The translations under genes and the position numbers were made by a program. A stretch of 64,000 nucleotides of DNA, from positions 186,001-250,000 of IMG/VR virus record IMGVR_UViG_3300017963_000190; one strand, written 5' to 3'. The notes beneath the pieces were generated by a model. The model did not search any database. It saw only the letters and a list, made by a program, of their open reading frames with translations, and was not told the origin of the DNA. The first letter of the stretch is position 1, and every line of letters begins with the position of its first letter. Positions 9,973 to 18,298 of this stretch are shown piece after piece.

Positions 9973-10802
9973 GCGATGCTGTTTCAGTGAAGGCGGTCGG
10001 GTTCGCCTTTTCCAGCCCGGAAGTCATTTTGCTATCGGCAAACCCACACCAGCACTTCCATGTGTATCCCCCGAAGCGTTCCGGGCAGACTGTGAAGATG
10101 TCCTCCGACGGGCGCCGCAACGTAATGCTGCTGCTTAGCATCGATAAGCTAGGCGCTCTAGAGAAGTGGGCCAAGAAGCTGCATCGTGTGCTGGTGTTTG
10201 CCCGATTAGAAGATCTCGCAGATGTGGGCATCCCGGCACTCGACGCTGATACCGATGAAGATGGCAGGGCAGTGCCAATGCGACGCCAGACCGTAGAGGA
10301 GCTAAATGGGCGCATCGAAGCCGAGGCCGTGCTTGTATCTGTGAAGCAATCAGTGCCTACTGTGAAGCGTCGAGCTCGCAAAGCAAGGGACTCCGTTGCC
10401 TACGAGGGCCCAACCTTTCGGGAGCTCCTGCGAGGGATGCGGAAGCTCGTCACTGAATCAGACGAGTTCTCTTTCCAGGAGGATGTGGGAATCCCTGCTA
10501 TCTATCGTCTTATGCACGATACTTCCCAGGAAGATTTCAAGCTCGCGTGCAAAAGGATGATCTCTGTTGGAGAGGCGCCTACGGAGAATGTGAAGGCGTT
10601 CTACCGTTGGATAGAGGGTATCGATGGTCAGGGACCAGAGCTATCGAAGGCTGTTGACGCGCACGCTTATCCGGAAGATGAAGAGGAAGAGCTTTCTATA
10701 GAGGAAGCTGCAGAGAGATTTGGTGTGGATGCCAAAGATGTAGCAGCCGTTGCCAAAGTTTACTCTCGCTTACAGGAAATAGGCAACGAAGAAGACGAGT
10801 AA
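9969..10802 (+). CDS. Hypothetical protein, possible C-terminal HTH
   Basis: ATGA overlap; LSIEEAAERFGVD. Confidence 0.6.
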   Translation: MSDAVSVKAVGFAFSSPEVILLSANPHQHFHVYPPKRSGQTVKMSSDGRRNVMLLLSIDKLGALEKWAKKLHRVLVFARLEDLADVGIPALDADTDEDGRAVPMRRQTVEELNGRIEAEAVLVSVKQSVPTVKRRARKARDSVAYEGPTFRELLRGMRKLVTESDEFSFQEDVGIPAIYRLMHDTSQEDFKLACKRMISVGEAPTENVKAFYRWIEGIDGQGPELSKAVDAHAYPEDEEEELSIEEAAERFGVDAKDVAAVAKVYSRLQEIGNEEDE

Positions 10803-10835
10803 TTTCCAGCAATCCGACACACAGAAGGAGTTGTC

Positions 10836-11747
10836 ATGTCCAGCGATGACACTAAACCGACAGACGGTAACAATGATCTCTTCGAGAGTGCTTTAGGGCT
10901 CGACGACGAAGACGATAACCCAGAAGAGGAGGCATCCCAAGAGGAAGAAGAATCCACCGAAACCTCGCCAGAAGATACTGCCGATCCCAGCACTCCCACG
11001 GAGGAAGAGGCCTCTTCAGAGGATGAGGAAGAGGATGAGGGCTCAGAGGTCACTTACACCGTGCAAAAGGGATTCTCGGTGGAAGGGCGCACCTTCAAAA
11101 AGGGCGATGTCATCCCTGTGAAGTGCAAGTACTGTGCTCTGTGGAAAGCTGAATGGTTGGGGCGTGTTCGTTGTACTCCAACCAAGGTGATGAAGGACAC
11201 CGGCCGCGCGATGAGCTCCAATCGGTTCTCCTGCCAGAGCTTTTTCATTTGCATGGAGATGAAGCCAGAGCTGGATGCCTTTTTGCGGATGAGCCTTCCT
11301 GAGGTGCAGACCGTGCGAAAGATGCTCCCTGGCATCAAAAAACTGCTTGTCGTTGATGAGTGGTTGTCTGGGTGGATCGAGAAGCATGATTACAAAGAGA
11401 ACAGTGCCGAAGTTCTCGCTTCCGCCAAGAATTTCGTTACGGCGTTTAGCTCATCTGAGCAGCTGAGCTATATGGATCAGTACATCCGCTTCTACAGCAC
11501 CGCCTTGGCCAGGCGGGAAAAGGAGAAGCGGCCCCGCAAACCCAAGTTCGAGGCAGGGGACTGGGTGGACTGGACGGATCTAGAGACCGGGCAATCGTTC
11601 TCTGGTATCATTTTGTCGATGGGTAGAGGCATCATCAACCTTGCTGGTGTGAACGCGCAGATTGGACGTAAGTTTACGTTCAAGCTTGCCGAGTGGAAAA
11701 AGACGCGCAAGCCGAAAATCACGCGCAAGATCGCTGCCGCTGAGTAA
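10836..11747 (+). CDS. Hypothetical protein, acidic N-terminus, Cys cluster, SH3/KOW-like C-terminus
   Basis: AAGGAG RBS; CKYC; FEAGDWV. Confidence 0.6.
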   Translation: MSSDDTKPTDGNNDLFESALGLDDEDDNPEEEASQEEEESTETSPEDTADPSTPTEEEASSEDEEEDEGSEVTYTVQKGFSVEGRTFKKGDVIPVKCKYCALWKAEWLGRVRCTPTKVMKDTGRAMSSNRFSCQSFFICMEMKPELDAFLRMSLPEVQTVRKMLPGIKKLLVVDEWLSGWIEKHDYKENSAEVLASAKNFVTAFSSSEQLSYMDQYIRFYSTALARREKEKRPRKPKFEAGDWVDWTDLETGQSFSGIILSMGRGIINLAGVNAQIGRKFTFKLAEWKKTRKPKITRKIAAAE

Positions 11748-11792
11748 TGGGCACCGAATCAGTTCGTTCATGCTGTAAGATAGGAAAAAGCG

Positions 11793-13433
11793 ATGCCTCG
11801 TGAAGGAAACCATCTTGAAGATCTAGATACCGGCACGCTCAAATCTGCTATCCTTGTCCTGGAGGATATAGAAGCGGCTGACGGCAAAAACGCGCGAGAA
11901 GAGCTGCTCCGCGTCAATAAGGACAACCAAGCTCTGCAGGAGATCCTATACTGCTCCTTGGGAACAGAGAAGTACCATATTCGTCTTCCGGACAAGATCG
12001 ATTCCGCGGATAAGCTGCTCAATCCGCTTCTGTCCTTCAAAAAGTTCTTGGTCGTGCTGCAGGTCCTGAATGCTCGAAAGATTAAAAGCACGAAGGAGGC
12101 GAAGGCCAAGGTAACGGGGTTTTTGCGCAAATGCCATCCCCGTTTGCGCAAGTGGTTTCAGCGTACCATTAATCACAATCTCCGTATTGGGGTGAGCGGC
12201 ACCACCGTCGAGAAGGTTTACGGGACAGGGTTCTGGACTGGAGCAAAGGAAGGAGAATTCCATTACCATGGCTGCTCCTTAGCCAAGAAGATGGAAGACG
12301 CTTATCCTGGAGACAAAGAGCCGGAATTCCCTGTTGCTGTCGAGTTCAAGCTGGATGGCGAGCGCTCGATGCCGTTTGTTTTCTTTGACGACGGCGACAA
12401 CTACCATGTGGAGATCTACACCCGCGGCAAGCTCCGTAAGGAGCAGGTGGAGTCTGTCGAGCCATTGATGCTGCAGTTTCTGGGTGTTGCCGAGAAGCTG
12501 GCAGAAATTAGCGGCATCGAGGATTCCGGGGGCATGTTCCTCGATGGGGAGTTCTTGGCCACGGATTGGAACGAGACATCCAGCGCCGTAGGGAAGACCG
12601 TCAACTTTGACGAAGCCGCTTTCTTGGAGCAGATCAAAGTCATTTTGTTCGACTGGGCGCCCATCAGTGCGTATATGGCGAAGCAATTTGACATGCCATG
12701 GAAGAAGCGCAAGCAGCTGCTTATGCAGGCTGCCGGCGCCAAGCGTCCTTTCGAAAAAGTTATGCGTATCGAGGACAACGTCTACGTGCTTGGGCATAAG
12801 ATAGTCCATAACATGGACGAGCTGGAGGCGTTCCACGCTAGGTCACTTGACGGTGGTTTCGAGGGAAGCATGATCAAGGTGCTCAACGCGCCTCATGTAT
12901 TCCACCGTAAGCATAAATGTATCCTTAAGCTCAAGCCGGAAGACGAGGAAACCGGTACCATTACCAGATTGGTCTCTGGTGAGGGGATGCACTCTGCCGC
13001 TTCCAACGCAGACCGTCAGCGCGTACTGTCGCTCATGCACGATTGGCAGGGAGATGGAACCTGCGATGGCATCGAGAATGATGGATCCTATTTTCATGCT
13101 ATGGGGATAGAGCATCCGGACGAAGCCGTGAAGGAGCTGCGTTCCATAATCAAGGATTCCGTTGACAGGCGTGTGTCCGTGCACCTGGATGATGACACTG
13201 TTTCGTATCGCTACGGAGAGCGGCTAGGGTTTTTCGAGGTTGACTGGAACGGTGAAACCATTCATGTTGGAGGTGGCCTACGATTCAAAGCCGGGCAGGA
13301 TGATCGGATGCGATTCTGGCAAGCTCGCGAAGATCTCGTCGGCACGAAAATAGATTTCAAGGTCCAGAAAGATCAAACAGACGTAGCGAAAGCAAGGTTC
13401 AACAAGTTCGTCAGGTTGAGAGAAGATCTCTAG
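11793..13433 (+). CDS. ATP-dependent DNA ligase
   Basis: KLDGER, FLDGE, FD, EGSMIK, KLK, RFNKFVRLRED motifs. Confidence 0.9.
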   Translation: MPREGNHLEDLDTGTLKSAILVLEDIEAADGKNAREELLRVNKDNQALQEILYCSLGTEKYHIRLPDKIDSADKLLNPLLSFKKFLVVLQVLNARKIKSTKEAKAKVTGFLRKCHPRLRKWFQRTINHNLRIGVSGTTVEKVYGTGFWTGAKEGEFHYHGCSLAKKMEDAYPGDKEPEFPVAVEFKLDGERSMPFVFFDDGDNYHVEIYTRGKLRKEQVESVEPLMLQFLGVAEKLAEISGIEDSGGMFLDGEFLATDWNETSSAVGKTVNFDEAAFLEQIKVILFDWAPISAYMAKQFDMPWKKRKQLLMQAAGAKRPFEKVMRIEDNVYVLGHKIVHNMDELEAFHARSLDGGFEGSMIKVLNAPHVFHRKHKCILKLKPEDEETGTITRLVSGEGMHSAASNADRQRVLSLMHDWQGDGTCDGIENDGSYFHAMGIEHPDEAVKELRSIIKDSVDRRVSVHLDDDTVSYRYGERLGFFEVDWNGETIHVGGGLRFKAGQDDRMRFWQAREDLVGTKIDFKVQKDQTDVAKARFNKFVRLREDL

Positions 13434-13463
13434 ACGACACAGATCCAGTAAAAGGAGGCAAGT

Positions 13464-14045
13464 ATGCCAAGGAAAGCAGCAAAAGAAGTGGTGATGATTC
13501 CGGTACGTGGTGCCAAGCTGGAAGTGACTGAGGGCACTCTTACGGGCGACTCCGGGGACATGTACGTGCTGGAGGCCATCACGAAGAGTGGTCGGGGGCG
13601 CGGGGTGAAGTATCACAAATCCACCTACTACATCCCGAAGCATCTCATTTCCTACTACAAGACGAAGCCAGAGGAGCTCGACTCCGACGACGTTCCAGAG
13701 GATGTCAAGGCTTCAACTACCACCGCAAAAAAGGCCACCAAAACCACCCCCACCGCCAAGCGCAAGCCTGGTCGTCCGAAGAAGACTGAAGAGGCGGAGG
13801 CAGCCCCAAAGAAGCGTGGTCGCCCACCGAAGAAGGATAAGGCGGAGGCCGCTCCCAAGAAGAAGCGCGGTCGCCCACCGAAGAAAGACAAGGCAGAAGC
13901 AGCTCCCAAGAAGCGGGGCCGTCCTCCTAAGAAGAAGACCGAAGCAGCTCCCAAGAAGAAGCGCGGTCGCCCACCGAAGAAAAAAGCGGCAGCTTCTAAG
14001 CCTAGATCGGGCCGCGCTGAAGCGCTCTTCGAGGACGATTTCTAG
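13464..14045 (+). CDS. AT-hook (HMGA-like) DNA-binding protein
   Basis: Six GRP motifs (PGRPK plus five KRGRPPKK). Confidence 0.8.
   Translation: MPRKAAKEVVMIPVRGAKLEVTEGTLTGDSGDMYVLEAITKSGRGRGVKYHKSTYYIPKHLISYYKTKPEELDSDDVPEDVKASTTTAKKATKTTPTAKRKPGRPKKTEEAEAAPKKRGRPPKKDKAEAAPKKKRGRPPKKDKAEAAPKKRGRPPKKKTEAAPKKKRGRPPKKKAAASKPRSGRAEALFEDDF
13790..13985 (+). repeat. Tandem coding repeat EAAPKK(K)RGRPPKK
   Basis: Near-identical aagaagcg(c/t)ggtcgcccaccgaagaa units. Confidence 0.85.
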
Positions 14046-14148
14046 GCCGCGTTATAGTAACATTACCCATTAATTACCCCCATATTACCTTCCTTTCTCA
14101 CGTACCGGGTTTTTGTTAACCTTGGTTGTATGCCTGTGGGGGATTCGG

Positions 14149-14997
14149 ATGGCCCGACGAAGGATCCATCGAAAATGTGTGTCCTACCCAGTTTGTAAGG
14201 ACTTGCGTGCGCTCCTCAAAAAATTCGGTGTTCCAAGAGACACGGTACAAACCAACTGTGCTCCAGAGGAGGAATGGCCTTGTCATTTCTTGGTAGACAA
14301 CGCACGGTTGCTTTATGAATCCATTTTGCCAGAAAACTCAGAGGAAGCCTTGGAATTTATTTCCAAGCTGTTCCTTAAGCAAGAGCACCTGATCGATGAG
14401 AACTTCAAGCGCACTGCGTCGGAGCCGCCTTTCTATTGCCCCGAGCTTGAGCTTGATGTTTACCAGCCATGCAAAGTGTCTTCATGTTCTTTTCATACAC
14501 ATAACCCTTGGACCCTGAACTGCATTCTTTTTTATCGCTTGCGCCAGGGGCGCGATGCGTTGAATCTGAATGAGCTGTCTTTTTTGCTGAGCCAGGATGT
14601 GAGCGTTTTGCGCTCGCAGCTAAACAAGTCATTTCGGCAGTTGAGTCAGGGAGCTTTAAAGGAGACTATCGATCGTGAAACACGTGAGGAGCGTATTACC
14701 CGGTTGAACCCTCAGCATGTTTGCGTGGTGTGTGAGCGTCGCATAGAGAACAAGCGGAAGCTGGTCAAGAAATCTGGATTCCATTATTGCAGCCAAGAGT
14801 GCGCAAACCTTAAGCCCCCTCCGATAATAAAGCTTGAGCAGGAGTTCAAGCTACCCATCGACAAAATTCTTCACTTGTGTGTAGAGAAGTTCTCCAACGT
14901 TAAGTATATGTGTAGTGCGTTGGGGGTTAGCGCTTCAGCCTTTGAGGCTTGGTGCCAGAAACACCAAGTGAAAATTCCCTCCGCCAAACAACGATAA
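14149..14997 (+). CDS. Cys-rich Zn-binding/HTH protein, possible transcription factor
   Basis: CVVC...YCSQEC; two HTH-like segments. Confidence 0.5.
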   Translation: MARRRIHRKCVSYPVCKDLRALLKKFGVPRDTVQTNCAPEEEWPCHFLVDNARLLYESILPENSEEALEFISKLFLKQEHLIDENFKRTASEPPFYCPELELDVYQPCKVSSCSFHTHNPWTLNCILFYRLRQGRDALNLNELSFLLSQDVSVLRSQLNKSFRQLSQGALKETIDRETREERITRLNPQHVCVVCERRIENKRKLVKKSGFHYCSQECANLKPPPIIKLEQEFKLPIDKILHLCVEKFSNVKYMCSALGVSASAFEAWCQKHQVKIPSAKQR

Positions 14998-15144
14998 CCT
15001 CGTCGTCACATTCTGGCGAAATCAAGTTATCTCTAGGTGTAGTTGCGGCTCCGCCCAAGCTGGCTTCGCATGTGCTTTTTTCGCCAGCTGCAGGAACCCA
15101 AAACATCTTAGACGACCAACCATCTGAATTTGTAGGAGAAGGAA

Positions 15145-15960
15145 ATGTCCGGTTCTATCACAGGACGAATTGCTGCACGGTTCAGCGACAAAGTCAACCG
15201 TAGGGTCGCTAGCACTCGTAGCGGACGCTGGGATCTGAAGCTGGCCGACTACAAAGTGATCAGCGAAAAAGAGGCCCGTATTATGGTGGCCTACGCCCCT
15301 GAGATGGGCGCACCCAAGCGTAGCCAGGTGGATTCCTGGACCACGACTTCGCTCAATGGACATCTGCGGCTGTCTTTGGAGACGTTGCGTCATTACCCCG
15401 ACCTGTGTGTCGTGACTGCGGTGGTGGCCCGAAACGAGCGCCTGCGCCCCTTTAACGCGAGCCCACAGAATCCCAGCGTTCCCAAGGGAATGATCGCCGT
15501 GGCTAGCACACGCTTCATGGATGAGGAAAAAGTCATTTGGGAAGTGATGAGCAACAAGAACGGCGAGCGTTACCTCAGCCGGGCCACCAAAGATGATCTG
15601 GATGAGATTCTGCGTGAGCGCCAGACCCGCGAGCGCACTGCTTCCATCCACCATCGTCTACGCCTGGCCGATCTGGTCACCGCCGGCATCCATAACCTGG
15701 AGCCAGGGGACAAGGTGCGCTTTTCCTACGAAGGCATCTTGCAGCAAGGCGAGGTTTCCAAGGTCGGCAAGGACAACGTTACCATCAAAGCCAACGGTAC
15801 CTCCGTGACAGTGGATCGTCTGGCTGTTGTGGACGTGTACGAGAAATCTCCCAAATCGCAAGCCGAGCAGGACAAGTTCCTGAAGGATTTCTTTGAGCGC
15901 GCTTACGGTGACAAGGAGTTCGCCGACAAGCTCGTCGATACCGGCTCCGGCAAGAAATAG
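15145..15960 (+). CDS. Putative virion protein with KOW/SH3-like C-terminal domain
   Basis: AGGAGAAGG RBS; LEPGDKVRF; RVAS and RTAS sites. Confidence 0.5.
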   Translation: MSGSITGRIAARFSDKVNRRVASTRSGRWDLKLADYKVISEKEARIMVAYAPEMGAPKRSQVDSWTTTSLNGHLRLSLETLRHYPDLCVVTAVVARNERLRPFNASPQNPSVPKGMIAVASTRFMDEEKVIWEVMSNKNGERYLSRATKDDLDEILRERQTRERTASIHHRLRLADLVTAGIHNLEPGDKVRFSYEGILQQGEVSKVGKDNVTIKANGTSVTVDRLAVVDVYEKSPKSQAEQDKFLKDFFERAYGDKEFADKLVDTGSGKK

Positions 15961-15986
15961 CCTACCTTTAGCAAGGGGATCTAGCA

Positions 15987-16568
15987 ATGAAAAACCCGAA
16001 GTTTATTCGAGTGCATGGCACCCTATACCGTCGGCGTTCTGCTGAAGTTCCCACGGTCATTCGGGTGGGTGGTTACTTCTACAAGCTGTCGCAGCATAGT
16101 GAGGAGCGTGCCAAGGCTTTAGACATGATTGAGGACTTTCAGCAGGCTCTGCAGACCGCCGTCGAATCGGTTCCAGAAGGGGATCAACAGGCGGATAAGG
16201 TACGTGAGCTCTTCAAGAAGATCAACGTTTCTATGGGCAACGTGGCCGCGCGTGTAGCCAATCACGACGATGAGCAAGCCAAAGAGTTCTGGCGCCGCAC
16301 CGGAAACGTCCTGCTGCAGGCGATGCCGCTTATGAAGAGGACATTCACCGACGTTGCCGCGCGGTGGTTTGGGAACCTGGCGATCCGCCTGGACGAGACG
16401 TTGGAAGAGCTTTTCCAAGCTGTCGAGTCTGCCGAGCTAGCCAAAGAAGAGGACGCTGAGCCGGAACCGAAGAAGCAGATGCACGCCAACTTCGAGCGGC
16501 CGAAGCAACGGAAGCACCCGCCGTTCATTCAGGTTAGCGGCAACCTCTACCGACTCAAAGCTGAGTAG
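15987..16568 (+). CDS. Protein with three copies of the PxxIRxxGxxY motif
   Basis: PKFIRVHGTLY, PTVIRVGGYFY, PPFIQVSGNLY. Confidence 0.7.
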   Translation: MKNPKFIRVHGTLYRRRSAEVPTVIRVGGYFYKLSQHSEERAKALDMIEDFQQALQTAVESVPEGDQQADKVRELFKKINVSMGNVAARVANHDDEQAKEFWRRTGNVLLQAMPLMKRTFTDVAARWFGNLAIRLDETLEELFQAVESAELAKEEDAEPEPKKQMHANFERPKQRKHPPFIQVSGNLYRLKAE

Positions 16569-16571
16569 GTC

Positions 16572-17882
16572 ATGCCTGAGAAGCCGGCTGCATACCACGT
16601 GACGCTCACTGCGGTGCGTCACTATAAGCCTGGATCCGGGCCGCCAGAGAAGCCAGACATTTGGAACTTCTCTCAGATGGTTTGGTCGACCAAAGGCTAC
16701 TCTGGTGCCCTCGTGGAAATGCTCAACAAGTTCTTCGAGTGGTACCCGGATAATGGTGTTATCTTGCCCAACGGCAAGCGTGATAACGTCGTGCTCACTC
16801 CCGAAAACCGCGGACGTGCTTCTGGCTACTTAAAAGGTAAGCCGCAGCACGAGAGCGGAAACTACCGGCTGGAAAATGATGATGCGATCCTGCATGTCAA
16901 CAAAATGCGTGCATTGTCAGGAGAAACTCCGCAACGGTTGACTCCAAAGAGCGATAAGGAGTACTCCGACGCTCTGCAGAAAAACATCCAGTCCATAGAT
17001 CCCTACTACGAATCGGTGGTGCAGATGCCTTCTCCAATACGCGGAAGCAGCGAAGTCCCCAAATACATCAAGTTGAACGGGTGTCTTTACCGGCAGGCAG
17101 CCGAGCTTTTCGAGGATGCAACTCTCGAAGACAGCATTGGGGTATTCAATGAGCAAATGGAGGAGGTGACCAAGGAATTGGTCCAAATCTCCGAGATGCT
17201 TATGGATGCTGGTGAGAAGCTGCGTGAGGGCGATACAACATTTCCAGAGGTGATCCAAGAGGCAGCTGTCCGCGTGTACAAGATTCTCATGGAAGAGGTG
17301 CTTGTTGCACGAGATATGGCTCGCTCTATTAGAGCCAAAATGCCGAAGAAGCAAATGGTGGCCAAGACACTTCAGTACAAGGGCGCCACCTATGAGCTCG
17401 TTGCTCAACCTCACAAAGGAAAGCCTGATGTGAGAGAGGAGCAACAAGAAGAGTTGAGCACAGGTGAGCAGGTAGCCGATTCCCACCTTCGTGCGGTTAT
17501 CTCAGATGCGCGTGCAGTGCAAAAAAGAGCACATGAGCTTATGCACTCACTGCACAACATGGGGAAGCAGGCGCGGATTTGTATGGAGCGTGATGGGGAA
17601 ATTTCCCCTGAGCATGTTGACGTCATGCAGTCCGACAAGCGGATCGAAGAGCTGTACGCTCCGATGCGTTCCATGGAGAAATCCAACCGGCAGCTCAATT
17701 ACACCGTAGACGCCGCGATCTCTTCTATGAAGGGCGTTGTTCACCAGCTGGACGCCATGGTAGATGAGTGGCATGCTGCGCGTGATACCATGAATGCTCC
17801 AAACACTTCCCGAGAGCTCACGGAGCCGATGCTCCTTTCCGACAACCCGTCCGCGGTGTTTGATGAGCTTGGTGGTCTGTAG
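16572..17882 (+). CDS. Helical protein with two PxxIRxxGxxY-type motifs
   Basis: PKYIKLNGCLY, AKTLQYKGATY. Confidence 0.7.
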   Translation: MPEKPAAYHVTLTAVRHYKPGSGPPEKPDIWNFSQMVWSTKGYSGALVEMLNKFFEWYPDNGVILPNGKRDNVVLTPENRGRASGYLKGKPQHESGNYRLENDDAILHVNKMRALSGETPQRLTPKSDKEYSDALQKNIQSIDPYYESVVQMPSPIRGSSEVPKYIKLNGCLYRQAAELFEDATLEDSIGVFNEQMEEVTKELVQISEMLMDAGEKLREGDTTFPEVIQEAAVRVYKILMEEVLVARDMARSIRAKMPKKQMVAKTLQYKGATYELVAQPHKGKPDVREEQQEELSTGEQVADSHLRAVISDARAVQKRAHELMHSLHNMGKQARICMERDGEISPEHVDVMQSDKRIEELYAPMRSMEKSNRQLNYTVDAAISSMKGVVHQLDAMVDEWHAARDTMNAPNTSRELTEPMLLSDNPSAVFDELGGL

Positions 17883-17892
17883 GGTTACTGTG

Positions 17893-18075
17893 ATGCACAA
17901 ACAATTCACCAATCCATTTAATAGGCGTATCGAGGGTGCGATGCGTCGACGCATGGCGAAGGGTACTGAGCGGACCACCAAAGAAGATGCCATCGCAAAG
18001 CGCATCCTTGGGGACGAAATCCGCCGAAGGATTGCTGAGTATAAGGAACGGTTTGGCGAGGACCCGGATCTATAG
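17893..18075 (+). CDS. Small hypothetical protein
   Basis: Fills the gap between co-oriented genes. Confidence 0.5.
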   Translation: MHKQFTNPFNRRIEGAMRRRMAKGTERTTKEDAIAKRILGDEIRRRIAEYKERFGEDPDL

Positions 18076-18083
18076 GAGGTTCC

Positions 18084-18296
18084 ATGCGCCGTGTCAGACT
18101 GAGTAGTCGTGGGGCAATACGTCACGTGAACTATGGTCCAGGGACCGCGGGTACCGGACTAGCCCCTTCTCCGGGTCGCGTAGTGCGCATCATTCCTGGT
18201 ATTCCAGCAAACAATCGAGGCGTACGGCGCCCTTCGCATCCGGTTAACTATTTACCCTTCCATCCTTTCCGTACACATACCCCGGGCTATTACTAG
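18084..18296 (+). CDS. Small basic hypothetical protein
   Basis: AGGAGG RBS. Confidence 0.55.
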   Translation: MRRVRLSSRGAIRHVNYGPGTAGTGLAPSPGRVVRIIPGIPANNRGVRRPSHPVNYLPFHPFRTHTPGYY

Positions 18297-18298
18297 TC

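Noticed and set aside
12970-13230. Intein in the DNA ligase
   Set aside because: No Cys/Ser-start and His-Asn-end splice motifs
13790-13985. CRISPR-like repeat array
   Set aside because: The repeats are in-frame coding AT-hook units without unique spacers; no cas genes seen
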